Part shown: one piece after another, positions 8,664 through 10,924 of the stretch | How the letters are laid out: every line of letters starts with the position of its first letter | Position numbering within the stretch: position 1 is the stretch's first letter | From: Promethearchaeota archaeon | GTDB lineage: Archaea > Asgardarchaeota > Lokiarchaeia > Sigyniarchaeales > SOKP01 | Length of the DNA: 10,924 nucleotides | NCBI GenBank assembly: GCA_011364975.1 | Contig: RDOE01000097.1 | Location: forward strand, 1-10,924 | Direction: 5' to 3' | Notes under the pieces: model-generated | Databases searched by the model: none | What the model saw: only the letters and a program-made list of their open reading frames with translations | Told to the model about the DNA's origin: nothing | Program-made: the position numbers and the translations under genes

Positions 8664-8761
8664 TGCAGTAATAAATTTAAGGGAAAACCAGACGGGATTT
8701 TCACTAAAAAGTACTATGCTTAATCACAACCAGACTTAATTTATATTATAAATTTTAAAAT

Positions 8762-9856
8762 CTAACCTAAAACTTGAGATATTATATTATTGATAACATC
8801 ATTTACTTTTACCCCAGGTTTAGTTTGAATAGCACCATATAGAACATTTCTTGATAAATCTTTTAGAATTTTACTGGGATCTTGTCCACCATCTTTACTT
8901 TGAGCAACACCACTTAAGCGAGCTAATGCAATTCCACTTCTTAAACTAGCTGGAGTTTGAATTTGATGATGAGTTCGTGTTCGATTGATAATTAAATAGA
9001 TTTTTTCTAAGATACTCTCATCAATTTTATAATAGGGATTATTATGTTCAATAATTTTCATTTCAGTCTTTTTATCAGGATAATCTAACTCAATCCATAC
9101 ATTAAAACGATCCTTTAAAGCTTCGCCTAACCTATGTGTTCCAACTAATTCAGAGGGATTCATAGCTCCAATGAAAAAGAAACCAGAAGATGCCTTAATT
9201 CGACCTAAATGAGGGATAGATAACATCTTTTCTTCTAACGGCTCAAGTAATGAATTTTGAGTATATTCTGTTGCCCTATTAATTTCGTTAGCTAAAAATA
9301 CTCCTCCATTAAGCATAGATTTTACTAAAGGACCAGGATTAAATGCTTCAAAAGAGAAACCTTTTTGAATTGTAGTTGCCGGATTGAATGAACCAACTAA
9401 ATGTGCTGGTTTTGTTGATTCATCGAAAGTAATCCATTCAAATGAGTCATTACCTGTTATTTCTGCTCTTGATTGCGCATAATATCTACAAAGAGTTGTC
9501 TTTCCTATCCCGGGAGGTCCAACTAAAATCGGATACAAATTTGAAGCATCTGCTTCATAAATTAGTTCAAGTGCCTCTTCATATTGCCCTGACAGCACAA
9601 TCTGCATCTTCTCTTCATTTTGAGATAGTAAATTCTTTTCAAATAACTCTTTTAATGAATATTTAGTCTTATTAGTTTGATTCTTAATGGAATTTTTTAA
9701 ATACGGAGACTTTTTCAAAACTGTAAGATTATCTAATTTTTCCTTTTCGACTCCATTCTTATTTGGTTTATTATCGGAAATTTTAGAAGAAATTGTTTCC
9801 TTTGTTTCTTTAGATTTATTTATTTCACTTTCAATAATTGCAGGTTTCTTAGCCAT
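8762..9856 (-). CDS. MoxR-family AAA+ ATPase (364 aa)
   Basis: Walker A GPPGIGKT, LVGSF.P and F.PGPLVKSM..GG motifs, Walker B region VFLANEINRA, TQNSLL, sensor-1 GAMNP, arginine finger ALKDRF, LDYP and lid motif ASLR. Confidence 0.95.
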   Translation of the reverse strand: MAKKPAIIESEINKSKETKETISSKISDNKPNKNGVEKEKLDNLTVLKKSPYLKNSIKNQTNKTKYSLKELFEKNLLSQNEEKMQIVLSGQYEEALELIYEADASNLYPILVGPPGIGKTTLCRYYAQSRAEITGNDSFEWITFDESTKPAHLVGSFNPATTIQKGFSFEAFNPGPLVKSMLNGGVFLANEINRATEYTQNSLLEPLEEKMLSIPHLGRIKASSGFFFIGAMNPSELVGTHRLGEALKDRFNVWIELDYPDKKTEMKIIEHNNPYYKIDESILEKIYLIINRTRTHHQIQTPASLRSGIALARLSGVAQSKDGGQDPSKILKDLSRNVLYGAIQTKPGVKVNDVINNIISQVLG

Positions 9857-9914
9857 ATTACTAACCTTATAACTTAGATTTTTGCTTTTTGTTGCTTAAA
9901 AAGTAATTTGAAAC

Positions 9915-9926
9915 TATATATAAAAA
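9915..9926 (-). promoter_or_regulatory. Possible archaeal TATA box (TTTTTATATATA) upstream of the MoxR gene
   Basis: TATA-like element in the 109 nt gap between amrS and moxR, about 60 nt upstream of the ATG at 9856. The AT-rich background limits its value. Confidence 0.3.
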
Positions 9927-9965
9927 CCAACAGCATAAAGAAAAAGTGAACTTTTAAAAAATTAT

Positions 9966-10924
9966 TTACATATAATTAATGATTTGACAATCACATTTCT
10001 TACATTTACCTTTGGATGTTAATCCAATTTTAGTAATTTCATAATCTAATCGCTTGATTAATAACGCTTTACATGTAGGACAATAGGTATTTTCATAATT
10101 GGAAGAAGGAAGATTGCCGAGATAAACAAAATCTAAACCAATACTTTTTGCTATATTATAAGCCTTTATTAAGGATGAAATGGGTGTTGGACTAATAAAG
10201 CCATATTCACTAGATTTATATTGTGGAAACGCTCGGGTTAAATGGAAAGGAGTGGATTTGCCAAGTTTAGTAACTATGTTTTCGCAAATTTCTTTAATTA
10301 CACTTTCATCAGTATTATAATTTTCAATTAATAGAGTTGTTAGTTCTATATGAATTCCTAAATCTTTTGCTAATTTGGCATTTCTCCAGACGATCTCAAT
10401 ATCAGTGCCACAAAATTTTCTAACCATCTCATAATTACCCTTAATATCAATATTCATTGCATCTAACCCATTATGTGCTAAATCTCTTAAGACTTCTTCA
10501 GTCATATATCCATTACTTACATATGTATTGTAGAAACCCTTCAACTTTGCAAATTTAAAGACTTCTAAAGAATATTCAAACAATAAAGTGGGCTCATTAA
10601 AAGAAATTGAAGTTCCTTGACAATTATTCTTTATAGCTAACTCAATAACCTTTTCTGGTGGAAGGAATTCTCTTGCATTATTTATTAATTCTCCTATATC
10701 TCCATTTGGATGGGAGATATTATGATTCTGACACCAAAAACAATTGAAATTACAACCATATGTGCCTATAGTTATTGCAACACTTCCAGGATAAAAATGA
10801 AAAAATGGTTTCTTTTCAATTGGATTATAAGAAAGAGCGGGAATCAAACCATGTATAAAAGATCCAATCACTCCATCTTTATTAATTCTTGTCTTACAGA
10901 ATCCTATCTCATCTTTATAAATCC
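9966..10924 (-). CDS. amrS: AmmeMemoRadiSam system radical SAM enzyme (PflA-related); 5' end lies beyond the window
   Basis: Family signature PIEKKPFFHFYPG, CxxxCxxC (GCNFNCFWCQN), SFNEPT, NIDIKG, YLGN and C-terminal CPTC...CKKC. The frame stays open upstream of the track's GTG at 10871 to the window edge (IYKDEIGFCKTRINKDG), matching the usual GxCxxRxNxxG segment. Confidence 0.9.
   Translation of the reverse strand, partial: IYKDEIGFCKTRINKDGVIGSFIHGLIPALSYNPIEKKPFFHFYPGSVAITIGTYGCNFNCFWCQNHNISHPNGDIGELINNAREFLPPEKVIELAIKNNCQGTSISFNEPTLLFEYSLEVFKFAKLKGFYNTYVSNGYMTEEVLRDLAHNGLDAMNIDIKGNYEMVRKFCGTDIEIVWRNAKLAKDLGIHIELTTLLIENYNTDESVIKEICENIVTKLGKSTPFHLTRAFPQYKSSEYGFISPTPISSLIKAYNIAKSIGLDFVYLGNLPSSNYENTYCPTCKALLIKRLDYEITKIGLTSKGKCKKCDCQIINYM

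Noticed and set aside
8724-8729. In-frame TTG-TGA upstream of the vWA gene read as start plus selenocysteine or read-through
   Set aside because: No Cys/redox context and no convincing SECIS-like element seen. The TGA is more simply part of a GTGA ribosome-binding motif.
9442-9872. Two plus-strand ORFs (9442-9666 and 9687-9872)
   Set aside because: Antisense shadows of the MoxR ATPase gene.
1-10924. CRISPR arrays, tRNA/rRNA genes, IS elements or integrases
   Set aside because: No regularly spaced repeats, GC-rich structured RNA segments, or transposase/recombinase motifs were seen. The only repeated DNA reflects hydrolase paralogy.

Overview
Very AT-rich, gene-dense prokaryotic window. Composition, the expansion of alpha/beta-hydrolase paralogues and the gene content suggest an archaeon, possibly Asgard/Lokiarchaeia; this is inference only. 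The left part holds three tandem paralogous alpha/beta-hydrolases on the minus strand (the first is missing from the ORF track and runs off the left edge) and a divergent hydrolase of another family on the plus strand. The right part is a co-oriented minus-strand cluster: an AmmeMemoRadiSam-type radical SAM gene (amrS, 5' end outside the window), a MoxR-type AAA+ ATPase with an atypical Walker B (NE instead of DE), a ~900 aa vWA/MIDAS protein, and a 781 aa protein with a His-variant SWIM zinc finger. The most interesting signal is this MoxR/vWA/SWIM module. The vWA protein appears to begin with a stand-alone AAA+ lid segment that aligns without gaps to the lid of the neighbouring ATPase. Two genes also seem to lack a usable ATG/GTG/TTG at their expected start. 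No RNA genes, CRISPR arrays or mobile elements were seen.
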